A stretch of DNA of 24,614 nt from Candidatus Iainarchaeum sp. (GTDB lineage: Archaea; Iainarchaeota; Iainarchaeia; Iainarchaeales; DTGL01): NCBI GenBank assembly GCA_038736825.1, contig JAVYME010000017.1:1-24614 (forward strand). The letters run 5' to 3'. The translations under genes were made by a program, and so were the position numbers. A model generated the notes under the pieces. It was not told where the DNA came from. It searched no databases and saw nothing but the letters and a program-made list of their open reading frames with translations. This document shows positions 8,219 to 15,550 of this stretch, piece after piece (position 1 is the stretch's first letter; each line of letters opens with the position of its first letter).

Positions 8219-8500
8219 ATGCCTTTACAAAGCGTAGTGACTGCCGTCAAAAAGAACCCTTTGCCTCAAAAACAAATAGTTTACCAAAAACCAGAGCCAA
8301 GGTTCATAGACGCAGACGAAGTTGTAACACAAAAACAAGAGGAATCACCCAACCAGCCAAGAATCGGGGACTGGAAGTCATGCCAGTACTTTAAAGAAGT
8401 CAATGGAAAAAAGTACTGCGTTCACTTCATGTCCTTCTGTGCCATGGAAAAATGCAATGGAACACTGCCATTGCTTGGCCAGAAAATGAGAAGGCGCTGA
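8219..8500 (+). CDS. small Cys4 protein, unknown function
   Basis: 93 aa from ATG 8219, with TATA-like TTTAAATA at 8188-8195. The longer track ORF from 8078 would overlap hydA. The C-terminal half carries C-x11-C-x6-C-x4-C (CQYFKEVNGKKYCVHFMSFCAMEKC). Confidence 0.45.
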   Translation: MPLQSVVTAVKKNPLPQKQIVYQKPEPRFIDADEVVTQKQEESPNQPRIGDWKSCQYFKEVNGKKYCVHFMSFCAMEKCNGTLPLLGQKMRRR

Positions 8501-8507
8501 TTCTGAA

Positions 8508-8522
8508 CCCGCAATGCGCGGG
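8508..8522 (+). terminator. GC-rich hairpin (CCCGC-AATGC-GCGGG) after the small Cys4 gene, followed by T-rich sequence
   Basis: 5-bp GC stem 8 nt after the stop at 8500, in an otherwise AT-rich spacer between convergent genes. TATTTTT lies about 20 nt downstream. Confidence 0.3.
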
Positions 8523-8584
8523 AGAAAAGTGCAAAAAAAAGTATTTTTGAGTGGACACTGGCAAAAAAAGCAATTAAAAAAAAT

Positions 8585-9400
8585 TCAAAGCCTTTTCAGT
8601 TTTTCCCTTTCCTCTGCCTCTGCTCTTTTTTCAGCAATCTCTTTTTTTTCCAGTGCTCTCTGGTTTTTCCTTTGAGAAGAAAAAAACAGTGAAATTGCAA
8701 ACAAGATTATTCCAAAAAACAAAAAGCTTACGCCCCATAGGGCTGAAAGAGAAAAAAAGCCAGTGACAACGCTTTGAGCGAAAGGCAAAAGCGCATTCAA
8801 ATTGTTTTCAGAAAGAGTTTTTTGCAAAAAACCAAAAAAAATTTGCGGTGTCGCCAAGTAGAAAACCAAAACCAGAAAACCTGAAAGCGCAAAAGAAAAA
8901 CCAGCCCATTTCATTTTTGAGTTAACCCCGCTTGCAACAATCAATATGACAAGCAAGAACACCAAGGCTAGCAGCAAAGACATTGATTTTGCCACAAGCA
9001 TTGTTTGAATTGCAACTTTTGCTTTTCCAAAAAAAGAAAGCAATTGTTGCGGCAAAACAGAGGAAACAGAAAAGGAGGCTTTTTGGGAAAAAACCGCAGG
9101 CAAGCCAAGCTCTATCTCTTTTGCTTTCGGTTCACGCAAGTAATGGACAATTGCATCAACAAAGCCATCCCCAAAAGCCTTTATAGCGTTTGGTCCGACA
9201 AATTCAATCAATTCCTTGGCACTCAAGCCATTGTTTTCCGCTGAAAGCTCAAAAAAAACCTGATAGGCATTGAAATCAGTTGCTTTGGCTTTAAGGAAAT
9301 CCGCATTCAATGCAGTGGATTCAAATGCTTGTGCAACCAAGAAAAAGCCAAAAAACAGGGAAAAAAAAACCGACATGAAGAACAAAAAAATTACGCGCAT
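8585..9400 (-). CDS. membrane protein with N-terminal signal/anchor, multiple predicted C-terminal TM helices and a charged coiled tail
   Basis: 271-aa ATG ORF. MRVIFLFFMSVFFSLFFGFFLVAQA is signal-like. An extracytoplasmic segment of about 110 aa is followed by a hydrophobic block and the tail QRKNQRALEKKEIAEKRAEAEEREKLKRL. Confidence 0.55.
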   Translation of the reverse strand: MRVIFLFFMSVFFSLFFGFFLVAQAFESTALNADFLKAKATDFNAYQVFFELSAENNGLSAKELIEFVGPNAIKAFGDGFVDAIVHYLREPKAKEIELGLPAVFSQKASFSVSSVLPQQLLSFFGKAKVAIQTMLVAKSMSLLLALVFLLVILIVASGVNSKMKWAGFSFALSGFLVLVFYLATPQIFFGFLQKTLSENNLNALLPFAQSVVTGFFSLSALWGVSFLFFGIILFAISLFFSSQRKNQRALEKKEIAEKRAEAEEREKLKRL

Positions 9401-9485
9401 ATTAAACGATTAATAAAATGGCAAGGGGCTTTTTAATATTTTCTGTTGGTAGTTTGTTTTGTTACAGGAGAAAAGGGGTGAATTC

Positions 9486-10808
9486 ATGAAAAGGAAAAAA
9501 GTCATAATAATGGGTGCCGCTGGAAGGGACTTCCATAATTTCAATGTTTTTTTCCGCAACAAAAAAGAATTTGAAGTTGTTGCATTCACTGCAACCCAGA
9601 TTCCTGACATAGAAGGAAGGCTTTACCCGCCAAAGCTTGCCGGAAAACTTTACCCAAAAGGCATTCCAATAAAACCAGAGGAAAAACTTGAAGCGCTTAT
9701 AAGAGAAAAAAAGGCAGAAATTGTTGTTTTCTCTTACTCTGACATAAAATATGAAGCCTTAATGCAAAAATCTGCAATTGCAAACGGGGCTGGCGCTGAC
9801 TTCTGGCTATTGGGTTCTGAAAGCACAATGCTGGAATCCAAAAAGCCGGTTATAGCGGTGTGCGCTGTAAGAACAGGCTGCGGCAAAAGCCAGACAACAA
9901 GGAGAGTTTGCGAAATACTCAAAAAAATGGGCAAAAGAATTGCAGTAATAAGGCATCCAATGCCTTACGGCAACCTTGCAGAACAAGAAGTGCAAAGGTT
10001 TGAAAAAATAGAAGATCTTGCCAAGCACAAGTGCACAATAGAGGAAATGGAAGAATACGAGCCCCACATAGTGCGCGGCAACCTTGTGTTCGCAGGCGCC
10101 GACTATGAAAAAATTTTAAGAGCAGCAGAAAAAGAAGCGGATGTCATCTTATGGGACGGCGGAAACAACGATTACTCCTTCTACAAGGCAGATTTATACA
10201 TAACGGTTGCTGATCCGCATCGAGCAGGACACGAAAAAACCTATTACCCAAGCGGAGTAAACGTTGCCCTTGCCAACGCCTTTGTAATAAACAAAGAAGA
10301 CACAGCAGAACCAGAAAAAATAAGGGAAGTTGAAAAAAACCTTTCAGAAATGAACCCAAAAGCAAAAATAATCCACTGCAATTCCCCCATAAGCGTTGAA
10401 AAACCAGAACTAATAACCGGAAAAAGGGTTTTGGTTATAGAAGACGGCCCAACACTAACCCACGGCGAAATGAAATACGGTGCCGGCATAGTGGCAGCAA
10501 AAAAATTCAAAGCAAAAGAAATCGTTGACCCGAGGCCTTTCCTGGTTGGCAAACTAAAAGAAACCTTTGAGCACTATCCAGGCATAGGCACACTCCTTCC
10601 AGCAATGGGTTACGGGGAAAAACAAGTGAAAGACTTAGAAGCAACAATAAACTCTTGCAATTGCGATTCAGTGATAATTGCCACTCCAATAGACCTTTCA
10701 AGAGTCATCAAAATAAGAAAACCGTTTACAAGGGTAACATACGAGCTAGAGGAAAAAACACAACCAGGCTTAAAGGAATTAATAGAAAAAGCGCTAAAAA
10801 GCGCTTAA
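9486..10808 (+). CDS. COG2403-type P-loop protein (predicted GTPase / cyclic 2,3-diphosphoglycerate synthetase-like)
   Basis: ATG 9486 is preceded by GGGGTGA at 9475-9481. The N-terminus reads KVIIMGAAGRDFHNFN, and there is a P-loop-like AVRTGCGKSQTTR and DGGNND. Length and layout match my memory of this archaeal family. The track start at 9459 is an upstream TTG. Confidence 0.6.
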   Translation: MKRKKVIIMGAAGRDFHNFNVFFRNKKEFEVVAFTATQIPDIEGRLYPPKLAGKLYPKGIPIKPEEKLEALIREKKAEIVVFSYSDIKYEALMQKSAIANGAGADFWLLGSESTMLESKKPVIAVCAVRTGCGKSQTTRRVCEILKKMGKRIAVIRHPMPYGNLAEQEVQRFEKIEDLAKHKCTIEEMEEYEPHIVRGNLVFAGADYEKILRAAEKEADVILWDGGNNDYSFYKADLYITVADPHRAGHEKTYYPSGVNVALANAFVINKEDTAEPEKIREVEKNLSEMNPKAKIIHCNSPISVEKPELITGKRVLVIEDGPTLTHGEMKYGAGIVAAKKFKAKEIVDPRPFLVGKLKETFEHYPGIGTLLPAMGYGEKQVKDLEATINSCNCDSVIIATPIDLSRVIKIRKPFTRVTYELEEKTQPGLKELIEKALKSA

Positions 10809-10881
10809 AATAGTTCAGTTTTAAGCAAAACCAATCGAAAAAGCAAAACAATTAAAAAAAATTCAGGGAATGTTTTAATCA

Positions 10882-11364
10882 ATGCCTTCAAGAAAAAAAC
10901 CCGCAAACCATGGCAAACCATTAATGAAGCCACTCTTTCCAGAAACAGCACTGGGAAAAACCTTTGTTCCACAAAAACCAGTGATTGAAAACAGTCACCC
11001 AAAAAACAGAAAACCAAAAATGAAGCCATTATTTCCAGAAATTAATCCACAACAACACTTGTTTCTTTCAAGGTACACTCTTGAAAGCGGAAGAGCCAGG
11101 CTTCAAACAGAGTTCAGGTTTCCCAAGGCACAAAACCAAAAAGAGCTTGCAAGAATAATGGCAATGCGAGTGCTTTCCAGCAGGGCATTGCTGATTGAAA
11201 TGCATCACGCTCTTGGATTAGAGCGGGGAAAAGTGAACTCGCTTATTGAAGAAGCAGCCAGAATAAGAAAAATCGGGGAGAAAAAAGGCTTTACAACACC
11301 AATTGCAAACGCTTTCCTGCAACAAGTAAAAGAATTTGCCAGATTCATCAGCCAAAGCGAATAA
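10882..11364 (+). CDS. hypothetical basic protein with duplicated MKPLFPE motif (ORFan)
   Basis: 160-aa ATG ORF. The N-terminal third is Pro/Lys-rich with two copies of K-P-x-M-K-P-L-F-P-E, and the C-terminal part looks helical. No family recognised. Confidence 0.5.
   Translation: MPSRKKPANHGKPLMKPLFPETALGKTFVPQKPVIENSHPKNRKPKMKPLFPEINPQQHLFLSRYTLESGRARLQTEFRFPKAQNQKELARIMAMRVLSSRALLIEMHHALGLERGKVNSLIEEAARIRKIGEKKGFTTPIANAFLQQVKEFARFISQSE
10924..11040 (+). repeat. two copies of a 21-nt direct repeat (ATGAAGCCAYTMTTTCCAGAA), 96 nt apart, in frame
   Basis: Copies at 10924-10944 and 11020-11040 are identical at 19 of 21 positions. Both encode MKPLFPE. Confidence 0.8.
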
Positions 11365-11372
11365 AAAAAACA

Positions 11373-11395
11373 ATGCCAAACACTGCGTTTGGCAT
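11373..11395. terminator. shared hairpin between convergent transcripts (ATGCCAAAC-ACTGC-GTTTGGCAT)
   Basis: Perfect 9-bp stem with a 5-nt loop. On the minus strand it is flanked by T7 before and T8 after. On the plus strand it lies 8 nt after the stop of 10882..11364 and is followed by T-rich CTTTATTTCTTTTT. Confidence 0.45.
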
Positions 11396-11407
11396 CAAAA
11401 AAACGCT

Positions 11408-11461
11408 TTATTTCTTTTTAGTCTTCTTCTTGGTAGAGCTTCCACCGCAACAGCACGGCAT
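11408..11461 (-). CDS. candidate micro-ORF, 17 aa: MPCCCGGSSTKKKTKKK
   Basis: On the minus strand: GGAGGTG (11474-11468), a 6-nt spacer, ATG, 17 sense codons, TAA, then the T7-hairpin-T8 terminator. It lies in an otherwise unexplained 203-nt gap and is below the size cutoff of the supplied ORF track. Confidence 0.4.
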   Translation of the reverse strand: MPCCCGGSSTKKKTKKK

Positions 11462-11567
11462 GCAAAACACCTCCGAATAAATTAATGAGTTTGGTTTTAA
11501 AAAGCTATTTTAATGCAAAAACTAATACCAAACAAGAACAAAAAAAACCTCACGCTTTAATTTCACC

Positions 11568-12323
11568 ATGAATGCAAAAAAAAGGTTTAAAGAAATGCGC
11601 GAAAAAATCATTTCAGTCATAGTGCCAACCTTGAACGAAGAACAATTTATCGGCAAATGCCTTGAATCGCTTTCAAGGCAAACCATTCCAAGAAAAGAAT
11701 ACGAAATAATAGTAAGCGACAGCTCAAGCGAGGACAACACTGTAAAGATTGCAAAAAAGCTTGCAGACAAGGTTGTTGTCTGCAAAAGAGTGAGCGCAGG
11801 CTATGGCAGAAACTTTGGAGCAAAACACGCAAAAGGCAAATACCTTGTATTCATTGACGGCGACACAATTGCAAGCCCGACCTTTTTGGAAGGCGCAAAA
11901 GAAGCACTTGAAAACGCGATTGCAGCAACCGGTCCAATAAGCGCGCTCGAAAAAGACAGCCTTTTAATGCGCGCATATTACAAGATGTGGAGCATCCAGA
12001 ACAGGATAACAGTTCTAATCCGTTTCCCGCTTTTTCCAGGCTTCAATTTTGCAGTAAGAAAAGACATATTTGAAAAGGAAAAAGGCTTTCTCACAAAAAA
12101 CATCACGACAGAAGATTTAGAGCTTTCACTGCGATTGAAAAAAAAAGGACGGATTGCCTTCAGCGAAAAAATGCTTGTCCTGACTTCCACGAGAAGAATC
12201 CGCGAACTTGGGCTCACTAGTTGCATTAAAAGCGCAACCAATTTTCTCTTGTTCGGAAAATCGCATCCATGGGAAGAGCACAGAAAAGATTTTGCAAAAA
12301 AAAGGAAAAAAACTAAAAGGTGA
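11568..12323 (+). CDS. family 2 glycosyltransferase (GT-A fold)
   Basis: ISVIVPTLNEEQFIGKCLESLSRQT, EIIVSDSSSEDNT and the DxD-like FIDGDT are typical of GT2. 251 aa with no TM segment. Confidence 0.8.
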   Translation: MNAKKRFKEMREKIISVIVPTLNEEQFIGKCLESLSRQTIPRKEYEIIVSDSSSEDNTVKIAKKLADKVVVCKRVSAGYGRNFGAKHAKGKYLVFIDGDTIASPTFLEGAKEALENAIAATGPISALEKDSLLMRAYYKMWSIQNRITVLIRFPLFPGFNFAVRKDIFEKEKGFLTKNITTEDLELSLRLKKKGRIAFSEKMLVLTSTRRIRELGLTSCIKSATNFLLFGKSHPWEEHRKDFAKKRKKTKR

Positions 12324-12327
12324 TTTT

Positions 12328-12882
12328 ATGGATTTAAGCGGAGAAAAGGCGTTATGGCTTTTGAGCCCGCGCATTACAGTGCTTGTAACCACAATGGACA
12401 AAAAAGGCAGAGTGAACGCTGCACCCTATTCTTTTGTTGGACCGCTCAGCATTTCGCCTCCAATGTGTTTTATAGCATCTGGCACTGGAAAAGACACTGA
12501 AGCCTTTGCAAGGCAAACAAAAGAATTTGTTTTAAACCTTGTAAGCGAAGACTTTGCGCAAAAAGCAATTGATTGCGAGGCAAAACTCAAGCGCGGCGAA
12601 AACGAGCTTGAAAAATTCGGCTTGCACGAAAAACCAAGCAGGTTTGTGCGAACGCCAAGCGTTCTAGAAGCACACGCTACAATTGAATGCAGGCTAACCC
12701 AAACAATCAAGCCAAAGCACTCTGACCACTTGTTGTTAGTGGGAATGGTTTTGGGTGGAACCTGTGAATTCGAAAGAGAAAACAGCAAGCCAGACCTTGA
12801 CAGGCTTAACCTGGTAATGCATGTGGCAAGCGGGCACTTCAGAAAAGTCGGAGAGCGCATTGACCTTGAAAGGAAAAAATAA
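12328..12882 (+). CDS. flavin reductase-like FMN-binding (split-barrel / flavoredoxin) protein
   Basis: ATG 12328 lies 5 nt after the GT2 stop, with AAGGTGA just upstream. 'ITVLVTTMDKKGRVNAAPYSF' and 'FVLNLV' are typical of the flavin reductase domain. The track ORF begins at an upstream TTG inside the GT2 gene. Confidence 0.72.
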   Translation: MDLSGEKALWLLSPRITVLVTTMDKKGRVNAAPYSFVGPLSISPPMCFIASGTGKDTEAFARQTKEFVLNLVSEDFAQKAIDCEAKLKRGENELEKFGLHEKPSRFVRTPSVLEAHATIECRLTQTIKPKHSDHLLLVGMVLGGTCEFERENSKPDLDRLNLVMHVASGHFRKVGERIDLERKK

Positions 12883-13534
12883 AAGCGCGAGAGCAAAAAA
12901 GATTCTCGCCCTATTGAAAAAGGAATACCCTGAAGAAACCATTGGTTTCAGCCTTTCAAACCCGTTTGAAACCCTTATTGCAACCATTTTAAGCGCTCAA
13001 TCCACAGACAAACAAGTTGAAAAAATCATTCCAAGGCTTTTCAAAAAATTTTCAACCCCGCAAAAAATGGCGAAAGCAAACCTGCGCGAAATAAAAAAAA
13101 TCATAAAGCCTTCAGGTTATTTCAACCAAAAAGCAAAACACATAAAAGCCGCTTCAAAAACCATTTGTGAAAAATTTGAAGGAAAAGTGCCGGATTCAAT
13201 GGAATCATTATTGCTCTTGCCAGGCGTTGGCAGAAAAACCGCAAACATTGTTTTAAGCAATTGCTTTAACAAAACAGAAGGCATTGCGGTTGACACGCAT
13301 GTCTTTCGCTTGAGCACGCGATTGGGGTTGACTAATGCAAAAACCCCGCAAAAAGCAGAAAAAGAATTGCTCAAAATAATCCCTAAAAGGGATTGGAGCA
13401 ACGTGAACGAATTGTTTATAGCGCACGGGCGCAAGGTTTGCACTGCAAGAAAGCCTAAGCACGAAGCCTGCGTTTTGCGCTCTCTCTGCCCTTTTGCAAA
13501 AAACCAGTTTGAGCAATCCGGTAAGGCCGACTAA
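12821..13534 (+). CDS. nth: endonuclease III (HhH-GPD DNA glycosylase/lyase)
   Basis: NPFETLIATILSAQSTD; LPGVGRKTANIVL carries the catalytic Lys; AVDTHVFRL carries the catalytic Asp. The C-terminal cluster loop reads CTARKPKHEACVLRSLC. ATG 12821 overlaps the upstream gene by 62 nt; in-frame TTG codons at 12860 and 12866 are alternative starts. Confidence 0.9.
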   Translation: MWQAGTSEKSESALTLKGKNKSARAKKILALLKKEYPEETIGFSLSNPFETLIATILSAQSTDKQVEKIIPRLFKKFSTPQKMAKANLREIKKIIKPSGYFNQKAKHIKAASKTICEKFEGKVPDSMESLLLLPGVGRKTANIVLSNCFNKTEGIAVDTHVFRLSTRLGLTNAKTPQKAEKELLKIIPKRDWSNVNELFIAHGRKVCTARKPKHEACVLRSLCPFAKNQFEQSGKAD

Positions 13535-14000
13535 AAAAGCCTGATCCGACTGGTTCTATGATGCCGCGCTCAATATAGCGTTTGATAAGAGCTTTTGAAT
13601 GCTTGTTTGGCATTAAGGGAACAACAATATTGCAGCCTTTGACAAGGGCAGCCATTACAGTTTTTTCCACGAGGGCTTCACCGACAGTTTTTCCAGACTG
13701 CCTGTAAAATTCAGGCGATGGTTTAGTGTAAAGCCCTAAAATGCGCAAGCAGTTCTTTCCATGCCAGCTGCAAACTGAGGCATTGATTATGCCAACTGGC
13801 TTTTCGTCTTTCAAGGCAACAAAAACAAGGTCGTCTCTTGAAAGGGCTTTCACTTTGAATTTTGGTTTTGCGTTTTTCACTGTTTTCTGGCCAATCAAAA
13901 CAGCCTCTTTCCTTGTATAAAAATCAAGCGATTCAAAGGGCACTATTTTGAAAACCGCCATGAAACTATAATGCTTTCCGTTCTTTTTAATTCTTTTCAC
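13455..14000 (-). CDS. GNAT-like acetyltransferase-fold protein (weak call)
   Basis: 'LRILGLYTKPSPEFYRQSGKTVGEALVEK' resembles GNAT motif A and 'NKHSKALIKRYIERGI' resembles motif B. The start is GTG at 14000, with ATG 13961 as an alternative. The 3' end overlaps nth by 80 nt. Confidence 0.42.
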   Translation of the reverse strand: MKRIKKNGKHYSFMAVFKIVPFESLDFYTRKEAVLIGQKTVKNAKPKFKVKALSRDDLVFVALKDEKPVGIINASVCSWHGKNCLRILGLYTKPSPEFYRQSGKTVGEALVEKTVMAALVKGCNIVVPLMPNKHSKALIKRYIERGIIEPVGSGFFSRPYRIAQTGFLQKGRESAKRRLRA

Positions 14001-14035
14001 TGCCTTTTTTTAAGTTTAATGCCTCTTTTCCTTTC

Positions 14036-14800
14036 ATGGATTTTTTTCAAGCTCTGGTTTTAGGGTTGGTTCAAGGGCTTGTTGAATGGCTTCCCTTGAG
14101 CTCTCAAGGGCAAGTGATGGCAATCTCAATGTCTTTTTTCGGGATAACTCCTGCAGAAGCAATTCGCATTGCGGTTTTTTTGCACATTGGCACTTTTTTC
14201 GCTGCACTTTATTATTTCAGAAAAGAAGCGATTCAAATAATTTTCTTTAAAGAAAAGCCCCTTGCAAAATTCCTCTTTATAGCCCTTCTTTCCACGCTTG
14301 TTACCGGCATTCCCTGTTATTTTTTGCTCAAAACAGTGCTTTCAGAATTCAATCCTGCAATAATCCTTATCATAATCTCTGCCTTGCTTTTTATCATGGG
14401 TTTGATTCAATGGAGAAAAAAATTCCAGAAAAAAGCCCGGTTAAGCAAAAAAAACGCTTTTTTTTTGGGTTTGGGGCAAGGCTTTGCAGTGTTGCCTGGA
14501 ATCAGCAGGAGTGGCATTACAACAAGCACTCTTCTCTTTGAAGGCTTTTCTCCAGAGCAAGCCTTTCGCATTTCGTTTTTGTTATCCATTCCAAGCGTTT
14601 TCCTTGCAGACATTGCTTTTGGTTTCACAGAAGGCTTTTCCTTTTCTCCGGAAGCGGTTTTTGCTTTGGCAATTGCGGCAATAACCGGCTTTCTATCCAT
14701 TTCCGCTCTTTTAAAAATAGCCAAAAAAATCAATTTCTCTTTTTTCTGCTTTTTTTTTGGAGCAATTTATGCATTGCTCGCAGTTTCCTGGCTGTTATGA
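14036..14800 (+). CDS. uppP: undecaprenyl-diphosphate phosphatase (BacA/UppP family)
   Basis: Both family motifs are present, 'GLVEWLPLSSQGQ' and 'LPGISRSGITTSTLL'. 254 aa, polytopic. Confidence 0.85.
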   Translation: MDFFQALVLGLVQGLVEWLPLSSQGQVMAISMSFFGITPAEAIRIAVFLHIGTFFAALYYFRKEAIQIIFFKEKPLAKFLFIALLSTLVTGIPCYFLLKTVLSEFNPAIILIIISALLFIMGLIQWRKKFQKKARLSKKNAFFLGLGQGFAVLPGISRSGITTSTLLFEGFSPEQAFRISFLLSIPSVFLADIAFGFTEGFSFSPEAVFALAIAAITGFLSISALLKIAKKINFSFFCFFFGAIYALLAVSWLL

Positions 14801-14810
14801 CTAAAGAAAG

Positions 14811-15488
14811 TCATTTTTCAGGCTTTACAGGCTTCCTCACAACCTTTTCAAGCCTGCCAGCCACAAAAATTTTTATCAAAAAATATTTTTTGGCTCCAGC
14901 GGTCACCCTTTCAACTGCATAGCGCACCCTGAAAGTATGGTAAAGTCTTTTTCCAAGCGTTTTATAAGCAAGATAATTGGACAATACTTGCATCAAGTCT
15001 GGGTCGCGGACAAAATTTGAAACAATATAAGCGCTCCCGCCGGCTATAGGGATTGCGCCTATAAGCATTGCCTCAACACTGTGCAATTGTGCAGAGCGCT
15101 TGTACTCTTCAGCGCTAGTGGTTTTTGAAATGCTCCTGCGAAATTTCGCTCTAGCCCTTGCACTCACAGTATAAACAGGTCTTGCCATGGAACCAAAAAA
15201 AGGCGTTATCACTGGAATGCCGGCTAGTGCAAGGTGGGCGCCAAAGCCGGCAAGGAAATCGCGGGCATTCCCTGAAGAGATTTTTTCCCTGAGTTCTGCG
15301 GCTTTTTCTGGATTTATTTGTCCCTCGCTCAAGCTCCAGTCAATGGCATTGGAGAGAAACTTCAATGCCTTTGCATGGTATTTTGCGGAAACCCAGCGCC
15401 CAGTGCGCTTTATAAAGCACGGCTTTCTCTCTCGCTTTTTTTCAGTTTGCCCTAACCGCTTTTCTCTTGCTCTTTTCTTCCAAGCCAC
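14811..15488 (-). CDS. hypothetical protein with a basic N-terminus and two hydrophobic segments (ORFan)
   Basis: 225-aa ORF with a GTG start, so the start is uncertain. The segments FLAGFGAHLALAGIPVITPFFG and MLIGAIPIAGGSAYIV look membrane-embedded or re-entrant. No family recognised. Confidence 0.42.
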   Translation of the reverse strand: MAWKKRAREKRLGQTEKKRERKPCFIKRTGRWVSAKYHAKALKFLSNAIDWSLSEGQINPEKAAELREKISSGNARDFLAGFGAHLALAGIPVITPFFGSMARPVYTVSARARAKFRRSISKTTSAEEYKRSAQLHSVEAMLIGAIPIAGGSAYIVSNFVRDPDLMQVLSNYLAYKTLGKRLYHTFRVRYAVERVTAGAKKYFLIKIFVAGRLEKVVRKPVKPEK

Positions 15489-15550
15489 AAAAAAATTGTA
15501 TTCGAACAGTTAATAAATTCTTTTTGACAGTATTTGGATTGCGATGGATT

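Noticed and set aside
11408-12323. Micro-ORF plus divergent GT2 gene as a glycocin-like (S-glycosylated peptide) cluster
   Set aside because: The idea is attractive because the peptide is Cys-rich. However, the GT2 is a short single-domain enzyme with no peptide-binding extension, and no transporter, protease or immunity gene is nearby. Adjacency alone is insufficient, so I kept it only as a speculative note.
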